A stretch of DNA of 61,499 nucleotides, the filler included, from Platydemus manokwari (taxonomy: Eukaryota), in assembly GCA_037951405.1 (NCBI GenBank). It is 6 parts of 6 records of this genome, joined end to end, with 100 filler letters (N's around TTAATTAATTAA, not from the genome) between each part and the next. Parts side by side here need not be neighbours in the genome. Positions count along the whole stretch, not along the records: positions 19,395 to 28,861 come from JBBMOY011245319.1; positions 28,962 to 40,632 come from JBBMOY010535552.1; 4 more parts are not named here. The stretch is one strand, 5' to 3'. The position numbers and the translations under genes are program-made. Under the pieces are notes generated by a model. That model was not told where the DNA came from, searched no databases, and saw nothing but the letters and a program-made list of their open reading frames with translations. This document shows positions 19,395 through 32,000 of this stretch, piece after piece. Position 1 is the stretch's first letter, and each line of letters begins with the position of its first letter.

Positions 19395-19930
19395 CAAAAA
19401 TAAATCAGACGATTCTGGTTCAAAGGTTCAAAATGAAAATTGTGAAAAAATATCAATGGAGGATGCAGAGAAGTCCATGGAGATTATGTAATCATTTGCG
19501 TTGGAAAGAGAAATAGCTAAGCAGAAGTTTCAAAGCCGCCAAAATTCTGACCTTCATAACCTTGTTAAAAGCACTTTAGAGGCAGCCAAGTATCCAATAA
19601 ATGAGTTAGTCATTAATGGGCGGAAAGAGAAGAAGCCAGTACAACAGATGAAAAGAGATTTTATTTAGTTATAACACCAACCAAGCAGTCGATACTTAAA
19701 AGTGTATAAAATCACCAGTTATTCAGTTCAGAGAACACATTTCTTTATTAAATGTATGAAATGTATTTATTATCTAATTTTCTGTAAGTATCTCTAATTA
19801 TGTCCATGCAATTAACAAAATACACTTATTTGATTTGGTAAATCTTTTTTAAAACTAACTTCTTCCTGAAGCTGGAACAACACTCCAAAAACCGGGACAT
19901 TGAACTTGTTCCAGTTTTGGCAGTTGTAAT
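19395..19930 (+). mobile_element. Possible 3' remnant of a Tigger-like transposon
   Basis: Decayed acidic then basic reading frame ending KKPVQQMKRDFI*, similar to Tigger C-termini (Q.KI.DFF). No partner TIR is visible. Confidence 0.25.
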
Positions 19931-22900
19931 ATATGTGTGAGAGAGATTTTATCTTTTACTATATCCTTATCTATCCTAATTATTGGACTTTTACTTTAAT
20001 TTCATGGCTTGTTTTATTTATATGTATATATTCTTTTCATTTACTGTTCAGTTGTTTGCATTAAACAAAACTCTGTAAAACTTCGAAATTGCATAATAAT
20101 TACAAAAGACGTAACATCGTGTAATAATTTCAAGAAAGTCAATTCACCCAAATTTCTTAGAAATTCTGTGAAGATGCACATAAATTAACATTCATGAATA
20201 TTAAAATTGTATAGTAATGTAGATATCATTTACTTTTTAAACTTGATTATTGTTGTGGAGTCACTTAACATCCGTAATATAAATAGTTAAAATAATCGAA
20301 AAATTAAAAAATTAATTTACATATTTTCAAAATTTTTCAAAGATTTCTACCGGTTTTACAAAATCCTTAATTGGGCTTCTTTATTTAATGAGTCAGCATT
20401 TTAAAATGATCTTTGTTCTTTATTCAAAACAAACCCGCACATATTCAGTAATTCAATTGCTTTGTATATAAACTACAGAACAAAGACAAGTTTATTGGAA
20501 AATCAGTTTCCTTGTTGTCAATCACAAGGGCAGAGTTAAACAAATACAGTTTTACTGCAAAAGCTGACTATCCAGACAGTAATTCGCATAAAAATTATCT
20601 GAAAAATTATGAGTTTAATCTTGTTAGATTCTCAAAACAAATTACATCAGATAAACGTTCCGTGCAAATTTAAAGCATAATTTTCAAGCACCAAAGCACA
20701 ATAAGATCATTGCGCAAGAAACTTCTAAACGGATTATCATTTTATACAAGTAGTTATTAGTTTCGCTCTCAATCTGTTTATTTGGAAATATGAATCTTTA
20801 GGAGCACAGAAAATTTTAAAATCTATTGCTTTATCTATTTGAATGAAATGAGATAATTATTGGGTGGGATGAAGTGAAAAATTGATCCTGGAATTTGAAT
20901 GGCGATTTATTTTCAAAAGGGTGATTAAATAAATAAAATAAAACATTGTGACATGAGAGTAACATTCGTGTTATGTTGGGGGTCCTATTGTTTTTTATTA
21001 ACTTTTTATTTATACAATTATTATGGGGATTACACCTAATCTCTATTAGATTACATCTCTGATGACCCTCGGGATATATCGACCTCAATTTCATTTCTGC
21101 TCAACCGTAGACTCTTGTTTAAAGACAAGGAGAGCGGCTTAATAGTGTATCAATTATTTTTTTAATTTTTATTTTAATATAAATAACATTCACACCGTTA
21201 TAAAGGTGACGAGGTGACAAGATAATTTTTACTACAAATGAAATATGATCTTTAATCCTACAATAGCTGATTATTAAAACGATATTTCGTTATTGTAATG
21301 TGTTTATTATATTAAATTTACACCGATCCCTAAATTAACATTGATACGAATTTATTCAACAATATACTTGCATACATCGAAACGACAAATAAAGAGAATT
21401 CTTGGAAAGTTATGATATATGAGCCCCTTCTTGTTATTGTGGCAAAATGAATTACAAGGGCGAGCTTTGATCTATAATATGAAAATAATGGATGATGTAG
21501 ATTGTGGAATGATTAGACAGGAATCAGTATTACTTTTCCTGTGAAACGGAGTTGAATGTTCTTCTAGATGACCAGCGGGCATAAAACTTGATTTGAATAA
21601 CTTTGGACGCTGTAGATCGCTGATTGTACAATGGGCATCTTGAAATGGATTCTATCTTAATGCTTTCAATTGTTGTATTTGGAGTTTGTGGTTTCGAAAT
21701 AATTAATTGACCTATGTTTTTTGGTTCTAGTTATACTGCCTGGAATCTCCCATGGAAATTATTAGTCATTTCTAATGTACTGATTTATTTGCCGTTAATT
21801 TAATATTATAAGTTTTTATTCGAGCAAATGAAATTTATTGGGGTTTTTTGAGTGGGATTGTTATGAGTGTAGTTTATTATTATTATTGAATTATCTCTAA
21901 AATATCATAAAACTTATTCCTTTAAATTTAAAGAACATGTCAAATTCAAGGTCAAATATATATATACAAAAGAATGCCGGTTTATAAAATAATGCATGCA
22001 GGTGCTTTTATATATACAATGACTAAACGTATTTTCTTTCCTTAAAATGTCTTGAACCCCAACAATCACTTGACTAATTAACAGGCTTGTAATAAATTAT
22101 CGCATGATAAAGTCATTTATAACCACCAGTAAGAATAAGGTTCGAGAATTTAAGTGGAAAATCAGTTGAGATAAAAATAATTGACACTCAATAAAAGAAT
22201 AATATGTATGGAACAATCAAAATAGAGTTTTCACATAATTATGAAATCGAAAATTGAGAAAACATGATTTCCTTAAGAAGTCAATAAATAATCATATTTC
22301 TGAGATGCACAACTTGCGTAAATTTCTGACGATTAGAAAGTACAAATGTTCTAGTCATATCGTCATGGGCGTTCACCGATGTAGGAAGTCAGATTTCTTA
22401 ATTTTTAGTAAGATAAGTTTTCAAAATTTCCTACCAGGGACATAGGTTGAGCTTATATAATGGGTTGTTATCATTCATGTGTTCATTTCGTTATAATAAA
22501 CTTTAATAACCAGCAAACTGTGTTTCCATTTGCAGATATTTTATTATTGTTATGATTATAATGTGAGTTTACCAACGTTCATTTCCGTACCTTTATATTT
22601 GATTTTAGTACTCCCCATACCATTCGTAAAAAGACCGAAGCGTTATTTCGGTTTTCAATTTTAAAACTTATTAACATAAAAGTGAGTATTGATAACATAT
22701 TAAACAATCTTTGGTTGTTTCACATCATTGGTTGTTAGCAATAATTAAGCAATTCTTTAGATTCACAGAATCACATTCTATTGATCAAAATATCATTCCA
22801 ATCTTGATTCAGTAGTTGAAAGTGACCCTGCATGATATAATTATTAACAGGTATAAGTTCCAAACCGTTAACACAGTTAGGTTATCAGAGTTGATAAATT

Positions 22901-23427
22901 ATTTCGATCACAAATTCATTATCAAAGTCAGTAATTTAAAAAAAATAAAATAACTATGTTCTTATGATATAAATAATGTTGATGAAGTAAATTGAATGCC
23001 CAATCGAACAGTATAAATTGAAGATATCTAAGCGTCACTAAGCGCCATATATCTGATTTTCTATCAACGCGATTCTGATATGGAACCGCCAGGAATTAAT
23101 GGAGATTTTCTGTGATAAATTTTACACTCAAATCAAAAGAAACCCCAATGAAGAAATAATTTATTTCAGAGCCAACCATAAATAAAAAAAAAATTTTTAA
23201 GTCATTTTGTACATACATTTATTTTTCCAATCTTGAATCTTTGGAAATTTCTAAATTCACATAAAGATGAAAAGCAAAAAATAGACGATTTTCGAATTTA
23301 AAAATAAAAGTGAAAAATATTTTTTTCACGTAAAATGAGTTTTTCTTAATTAGAGATATTATTTTAAAAACAAGGCAACCGTTAACCAAAGTGATAATAA
23401 AATAAGCCATCTAAATTATCTTCAATA

Positions 23428-26400
23428 TCAGGAACAAAGGTTTTCCACATAGAATAACAGCGCTATAAAGCAGAATATATATTGTTGTGGCATTTGAATT
23501 GATCCGGATCGCTGAGTTCGCACTATCTTGAGGGTATCTTTTACGTTAACTTTTCCTTCGTATTTCGCACGTTTATGATTGATTGCTATTGTCACGAAAG
23601 TACCTTAAAAATACAATAATTTTGTGAAAATACTTTTAAGATAAACACAAATTATGTTAACCGTACAAGAATAACTTCCTGAATTCCGAAATGTAATATC
23701 GATTAATTGTAGGTGACAGACAAATAATGGAAATCAATAAAAAAACCAATCAAGTTACATATTATTTTATTTCTTTATTATAATCAAGATAATTGAAGTA
23801 ATTAATTTCAATGTGGAACTTCATTTTTATATCAAAAGGGTAACTTTCTCATATCAATTCCTAATTTAGTAAAAGCACAATTCCGATAATGTCTCATATA
23901 TCAGAAGTTTTGAAATGAATGATTTGAAGAGCTCGACAATTTCAAATTAAACCTTAACACGTACCAGCTATTATTTCAGGTTTGGAAATGTATCAAATCC
24001 TGTGTTCCAGCTATACATGGAACCAAATAACTCTGTCAATCATTTTACCCATAACAATAAAGCTTTAGATCGATTCCAATAAATCGATTCGAATTAAAAA
24101 AATTTGAAAAAAATCCTTCAAGATTCCCATCATCATATTTCATCGATTGCATCAAGCTATTTTGTAACTGGTGACTGTTAGAGCCATTTAATAAATAAAT
24201 ATTCACGGCACTATTTAACTGAGCTTCATAAAGTTTGTAAGAATTTGAAATTGAATTAAATTTTTAAAGATATTATTTAATATAAAATTATATAAATTTA
24301 TTTGAATATCTGTATTATATTATTATTACTATTATTGTTATTATTATTATCACTATTATTATCAGTTCATAATACTTTCCAATTCATATGGTGCCTTAGT
24401 AAGTTAAAATACTTGAGTAGGTTCAATGAAAGATATTCGTGCAAAAATATCATTTTACAACAAATTAAACCCCGATAATTGATTGCCAAACAAAGCAAAA
24501 CCAAGTCCAGACACAGCATAGAATCCACTAATGCCTGCCAGTAAAGTCACTATTTTGATGTTTGTAATATTCTAACTATGTTTCGTACGCCTATACCGGC
24601 ACGTAAATCGATAAAATTAGTCATAATAAATGTGATTTCTAACATTCTGTAGCTTGAGCTAAAATGGAGAAATAAGTATTTATATTTCGCTTTATAATTT
24701 TAATTAATCTTCCTTCATTTTATTATTAACTAAAAATTTCTAACTTAACTCACTTGATATCATTTACTATCAATAATCAATAAAAATTTATTCAATCAAT
24801 TAATATTAAATTATTTATTTTCTTAAATATTCAAATCAATATTTTTTCCTTTTTAAATTTTAATTTGGTAACATGCTCGAATTTAGAAATGTTTATCATC
24901 TGGTTGATAATTCTATTATTTTAGCTTCTTATTCATTCACAACATTATCGGGATTCTTTATTAACTATTCACCTTAACTGCATTAATTTCTTCATTTCTC
25001 CAGTTAAACCTACTACTCACTCTCATTTAGTTTTACTCGCTTATTTTCTGTTTAAAACAAAAATAAAACAAGTACCTGTGCGTCCTATACCAGCACTGCA
25101 ATGCACTAAAATGGGTGGTGGTGGAGCTTTACCTTCTGGAATGTAATACGTTTCTAGTTCACTTTCATAATTGTAAAGGTCATTTATAATTCTGTTGTAG
25201 CGATTATGAACAACCTCAATAAAATCAATGAACTCTTTTGGACTTTCAGGAACACCAAAATCAGGCCAATTAAGAAAATGATAATGAATAAACGAATGTT
25301 TGGAATTGGTCTAAAGAGCAAATATAACATAATTTAGATTATCGATTTTACTTTTGTATCTATGAGTTCAATATTTGAGATTTTATACGTGTTTATCGAT
25401 TTAACTTCTTTTGTGAAAACCTGAAACTCTCCATAAGTATTTGTACCATTTTCGGACATAGGTATATATCTAGCACACTTCTTAGTTTGGCCCTCACATT
25501 CCCTAAATACATTAATAAAGAGATGATTAAATATGTTATTGAATATATCGAACAGAGAAAGGGACAATATTTGATTGAAATAAATTTATATAGTAAATCA
25601 CATGATTATTGTGTACAAATACCCTGATTTTCTATGGCAATATCCATCGAAAACTGATTCTGATTTTGTGAGATTATACTATACTAGATGCTCGATAGAT
25701 CCGATAAATAGGGAAATTAAAGTAGATCAACAAGAAAACAATGCTTATAAAGCCCTGTATTGTTAGTGGATAAAACCTCCAAGTAATTTAAAAGCAACTA
25801 AAGATAGTATTATCATATTATCTTTCAGAAATGCACGTGGAAGATAATTATTAAAATTTGCTAATCGAAGAAAAAATTAAAGATCAATTGTTGAAAAATG
25901 GACTACAGAGAAAAACTCATGAAATGAAAATGAATAAAATTTATTTCTAAATTACAAAAACATTTTTTCATTAAAGAACACTTAGATGAAATATTTATTT
26001 TTAATGTGTTAGAGGTTCTATCATTAGAGGAAATTGACTGTGATTCGAATCTAAAAAACGATTCAATTACATATAATAGGATCTTCATCACTTATCACTA
26101 AGTTCAAATGTTTCGAAACAAATTGTCGTCAATATAATGACGGAGAATATAATTTTGAAAATCAATTTGTTAACAGATGAAATTCTTTCACTGAATTCAA
26201 GCAGTAACTGATAATAAACAATTATTTAATTATAAAATAATAATATATAAGAAATTTTATTTTCAAATCTTATAAAAATGAACATCAAATAATTTTAAAA
26301 TATCGAAAACGGGAAAACGGTCATTTTTAAAACATAAATTTTTTTTAGAAAATATTTTAACAAATATTTTTAAAAGATCATACAATGCTTTAAAAAATGG

Positions 26401-27834
26401 TTCAAGTGATAAAAAATTTTTAAATCATTGGTATCGATGAAATGTAAAAAATTATAAAATTCATTTAATAAATTATTAATATATTATTAACATTTTTAAT
26501 TATCGATATATTATTGAGCCATCATTATCAATCAAAACGACATCTACATATTAAATAATATTTACTACCAGCTCCGTTGGAATGACTATTTGCAGTCTGA
26601 CAGCAATAATATTTATCTCAAATTTTCCCTTCGTCAGCCGGTATTTTTGCAATAACTCTATCGTGGCAAATCAAATGATTTCTTTATAAATATATACTTG
26701 ATGTTTATTTTAGAATAGTAAAGCAACTGATATTTTACTCCTGTCTAATTTGAAATTAATTGATAAATCAGATGTGACAATTAATTTTCATAAATGTAGC
26801 TTTGAGATCGACAAAATCCTCATAACTGGATCAATATGAGAATATCAAAATTATCATTGCTTACACATGCAGTGCAATAGAGTATAATTGATTTTAGCCC
26901 AAGTATTTGGATGAAAAATTATTTAATCATCGTCATAAAATCGCTGTATGAAAAAAAATAATAACAAAATATTTATCATTTCATTTCATTATGACTTAAA
27001 AGACGTAATGTGACTTGTAATTTAATTCTTCTCTAGTATTAAAATTAAATTATTATGTTAACAATGTATTGGAGTTTGATTTATGAAGATTATTATCCAT
27101 ATAAGACGTCTTCGACTTTGAAGAGTGTCATAATTTATCAAAAAATGTAAAATCTTGATATTACTGCATAATCTATATTCTGTGCCTAATTAAATATCAA
27201 AATTACCGATAATTCAAAAGTCCGAATATAAGACAAGTCTTATTTTTAATGACTCATTCAATTCGGACGAATACTTATATTTGTGAATATCGTTGATTAA
27301 TCTCATTTTAAAAGAAGTATTTCCCAGTGATGATTCTTTCATGTTGTAATTCATATATGAAGATTTTCCAAAAACAATGAAAGACATTTAAGGTAATCAT
27401 ACAAATTATCTTGAAACCGTAAAAAATGCAACAAACATAGTTAACAGAAATGTTATTTTAAATGACTAGATATAGAGATATTTGGACTTGATTTTTCCAC
27501 TTATTTCTAACATATACATGAAGTTCACTTACGTAAGTATTGTACTAAAAATATACCAATGAATGAAATTTCATTTTTAAACAAAATGAATCAGACTAAT
27601 TCCATTATTAGATAATAATATAAAAGTTAGACAAATAATTTTTAAATTTTTAATATATCCAACTTCAAAATACAAAGCCATATATTCCCGCGTGCGTATT
27701 TAGAAAATTAAAAATGTGCGTTATCATTATTATTATTGTTTTAACATTTACTAACCTAGTGGTCATCACAACGATTGGAACTTTCTTATGCAGTATCATA
27801 TAATAAAAATCCCTTATTGTAGCTTCCAGTGGTC
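23428..27834 (-). CDS. Classical protein tyrosine phosphatase, PTPN9/MEG2-like; 5'-partial (last four exons)
   Basis: Exons 27834-27756, 25502-25352, 25310-25076 and 23603-23428 are in phase. Motifs GPL..T..DF, VVMTTR, KKCARY, WPDFGVP, PILVHCSAGIGRTG and RTQRSGSIQMPQQYIFC; MTTR and SIQ.P are typical of PTPN9. Confidence 0.9.
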
Positions 27835-28861
27835 CTAAAAATAAGTAGAACGTCAGATAATAATAAAACAGTAATAACTTAATATAAAATGGTTTATATA
27901 TTTATAATTGAAAATGGTAGTTAATACCACTCTCGTAACATACATATCTTTATTACATAAAGTTCTCCGAATTTAGATAGTAAAATAATGATCATTAAAA
28001 TAATTCTCCATTTTTATCTCGAAACCCTCTATTCGGGGAAATGGAAAACTAGGTATCTAGACAAACATTAAGTCCGAAAAAAGATTGCACGATATAAAAT
28101 CATAAGATGTTAAGAAATATGTCTTCCATTTTATTTTCAGCACACTTGTAAACTCTCGTGATTTATATTGATGGTACTACTGGACATTGTATTTGATAAT
28201 ATAACCACAATCTTTAAAAAGTTTTTGCAGAAAATTTATCGAGAACAAGAGGAACAATTTTTTATTATTTTCCATGATTGATGTTTTACGATTTCAATTA
28301 TAAATTGATTGCTGGAATAAGCCATAGGTCATATTTTAATGAATCATATCATGAAGTTTTCTTAAATCATGTATCAAACCACTTTATCAAAAAGCTTTGT
28401 AAATAATTTGATAATCCAAATCTGATTGGTAATTTTTTGATATTATAAAACAATTACACTAAAATTATAAAATAATTAAGTAGATTCCATATAAGTAGAC
28501 TAGGAATTATATTCATAAAATATCATTATTTCACACTCTGGAAGTGATCGCTAGGTTGAATCAAAGCTAGATAAAACAAACTTACGCACTGTAAATCAGT
28601 CCATTAATTAATTTTAGAACTTATTATTCAAATAAGCTTTGCCGTTAAAGAATATTTTATTGACATTCCGAAATGAAAATTAAAATCATTATTGTTTAAA
28701 ACAAATAATTATGATAGTCACGATTTATGTAAATCAAAAAAGATCGACATAAAATTATTAAATAATTAAATCATAATTTATAATAAAAATTTAAAGAAAT
28801 TGAGGGATTGTTTTCCAGATTTACTGAAAGAAGAACGGAACATAGGACGACAAGCTATGCA

Positions 28862-28961
28862 NNNNNNNNNNNNNNNNNNNNNNNNNNNNNNNNNNNNNNN
28901 NNNNNTTAATTAATTAANNNNNNNNNNNNNNNNNNNNNNNNNNNNNNNNNNNNNNNNNNNN
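28862..28961. other. Artificial 100-nt join spacer
   Basis: 44 N + TTAATTAATTAA (28906-28917) + 44 N. Confidence 0.97.
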
Positions 28962-28999
<38 letters not shown>

Positions 29000-29070
29000 T
29001 ATTATTTTTATTATTCTATCATTCTTGATTGATAATTATCCCTCAAATCTCAATAATTTAATAATTACAG

Positions 29071-32000
29071 ATTTAATGATTGGAGAATCCATGTAGATAA
29101 AGTTTTGTCTGAATTGTTAAGAAAAAATATCTTAGCACTGGCCCATTCAGAGAATTTTGCTTCCGAAACTATTTCTGAGGAAAAGATCGATGCGAGTAAT
29201 ATATTAATATTTATTTTAAAAAATAAATCTTTCAATTTTAATATTATCTTGTTATTATTATGTGGTTCACAGGGGATTTTCTGATGGAATCATTGACGAA
29301 ACTAGTTTTGTTGGCCTTACTTTTTATTGGTATTATAGCACGGGTGGCCAACCGGTCGATCGCGATCGACTGGTCGATCTTGAAACCAATTTTAGTTGGT
29401 CGCGTGAGATGTTATTCAAATGAAAAGTCGATCTTACGTACACAAAAGTTGGCCACCTCTGATATATAGGATATTGAATTCATTCATTCATAATCCCTTT
29501 CGGCCATTTCATCACTTATAAAATGTATTGTGGCTTTATATCATCATTTTTTTTAAAAAAAATTTTCACTTGATAAATTTAGTAAAATACGAAAATAGAT
29601 ATCTTATATATTTGTTTATAATAATGACTTCAAATTTAAAAATCTTACTTAATAAGATCCACAATGGTTTTGAAAAACTTTTACTTACAATTTTTGTTTA
29701 TCAAAAATACTTAATTCATTATCCAAATAAATTTTTATAAAAAATTAAAAAAGAAGAAAAAAAATTATTTTTATTTAAAATTATAAAAATATATGACAAC
29801 ATGGAACAAAATAATGATTTCAATAAAATAATGATTGGTGTAATCATTTATTGAAAGATAATTTCTTCATGTTTCGTTTCACTTCTTTACTGGACAGAAA
29901 ACAAAGAATGATAATGAATGAATTGAAATGAGACAGCAAGGTTCCGACGTCGATAATGATGGGACTAGTAAAGAGTGCCATAATTAAATTGATGATCCAC
30001 GTTAATCCACTAATAGAACAGAGTTTAATTACAATTAAATATTGATTATTGTTATTATTATTATTATTATTATTTTCCAAAGCTCTGGCTTTTAAATGAA
30101 AACAAATTCTTACACACACAAATGTGGTGTAGATAAGAATAAGCAAGGATGGAATGATATAAAACACGATTAAAGGAGGTATTTTAATGAACCAACACTT
30201 TTGTAATTTTAACTGTTGATGAAGAGGAGTTTGTAAGTATTTCTCACAAATCACATACCCAATGCAAAGGATCAATGGCACTACAATAGATAAACACAAA
30301 TATCGAACATTTCCTTTACTGTTTCTTCCATTGTAATTATAACTTCGTGGACTTATCAGTCGATTGATATCCAACCAAAAGCTGGAAATGTAATTGCTGG
30401 TACAAATCAATCCGGAAATGTGAAAATATTTGAGAAATATTAACAAAATTTGACACACTAAATTTTCGCAAATTGGACAAGCGAAATAGAATACAAGTAA
30501 ATCAACTATTTGATAGCACAATATATTGAAACCAATGGCAATAATCATACAGCTCGTTGATGGGTATGCAGCTCTAATGATAACATAAACAATTATCAGT
30601 ACTGCAGACGATATCAAAGTAATCATTGTAAGAGAAATGTGTAAAATATAAAGCCAATATATTTCTGAACCTACATCTTCACGATTCACGGTTTTAATGG
30701 AGTCATTTTTGTCATTTTTATTCGATTCGATTTTCGTTTGAAAATAAGATAAGATCTTATTAATTGCATGATAAAAGCTCCGTGTTCGTCCAGTTACGGT
30801 TTCTGTACAAGTGCCATTCATACGCTTACAACAATCCATATCATTAAATTTATACCAATGTGCTGATGATTGATTTTTTACAAAACCTATAATTGTCGAT
30901 AGACGATTTGTCGATTTCAATCCACAATTTTTCTCAATCAGAGAACAACCGAAAGTCTGTAACGTTTCCGAATCTAGTGCAAGCTCACATTGATGACCAT
31001 ATAACAACCAAGAAAAATAGACGTCATCTTTGATCGGATGGAATGATTTTTTCGGTTTATTACACTTAATTTGTGTGATTTCTGAAACGAATGTATATTC
31101 AGTGATATTGTTGCATTGAGCACAATATTTATTTCGAAATAAAATGCGTTTATTGGGCCCGTATATTGGTAGATAATCAATGATTGTAGTATGGAAAACA
31201 TAACTACTCTCGCATTTCTCTCTGATATCTTTGTTAATATACGTATTGGAGCATGTAGAAATCATAGATACCAATCTGTTATTCGTTAGTGGCCAACATA
31301 TTGGTTGCTGAGACCTATATATGGTTAAATGAGAAAGCAATACCGTAAAAACGAGGATATATTTTGATATTTGAATCATTCTGATCACAAATAATTATCA
31401 ATCGGGAAATTATCGAGATATATAAATATACGAATACGCCTGTTTAAAACTGATATAGTTTTATGATAATTGCTTTGAATCCGAACAAATAGTAATTTGG
31501 AACGAATTATAATTGTAGTCATAATAATTTTTATCAAGTAGATAAACTATTTATTACCATGAGAAGATTGTTATTTATTTTAGATATGTCTTATTGACTG
31601 AGCTGATAATTATATTAAATTGAAATAATAACAATAATAATAATAATAACTGTAATAATAATATTAATAATAACGATAATAACATTAANNNNNNNNNNNN
31701 NNNNNNNNNNNNNNNNNNNNNNNNNNNNNNNNNNNNNNNNNNNNNNNNNNNNNNNNNNNNNNNNNNNNNNNNNNNNNNNNNNNNNNNNNNNNNNNNNNNN
31801 NNNNNNNNNNNNNNNNNNNNNNNNNNNNNNNNNNNNNNNNNNNNNNNTTACTAATAAAAATGGTAATAATAATATTAACAAATAATAATAATAATGATAA
31901 TAACATTAATGATAATAATATATATTATTATATTAATATATTCGATTGTCTTTATTTTATTTTTTCTTGATTTTAATGTTGAAAATATACTTTTACTTAA

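Noticed and set aside
21050-21090. Hammerhead-like CTGATGA core (similar cores near 135, 22326, 26630 and 49256)
   Set aside because: No properly placed GAAA with pairing stems I and III.
21000-21800. Possible LINE 3' remnant
   Set aside because: Only faint motif resemblance; too decayed to support.
31615-31906. X-rich ORFs here and at 39694-40250
   Set aside because: Artefacts of N runs and AAT repeats; only 40022-40222 is a real dynein exon.
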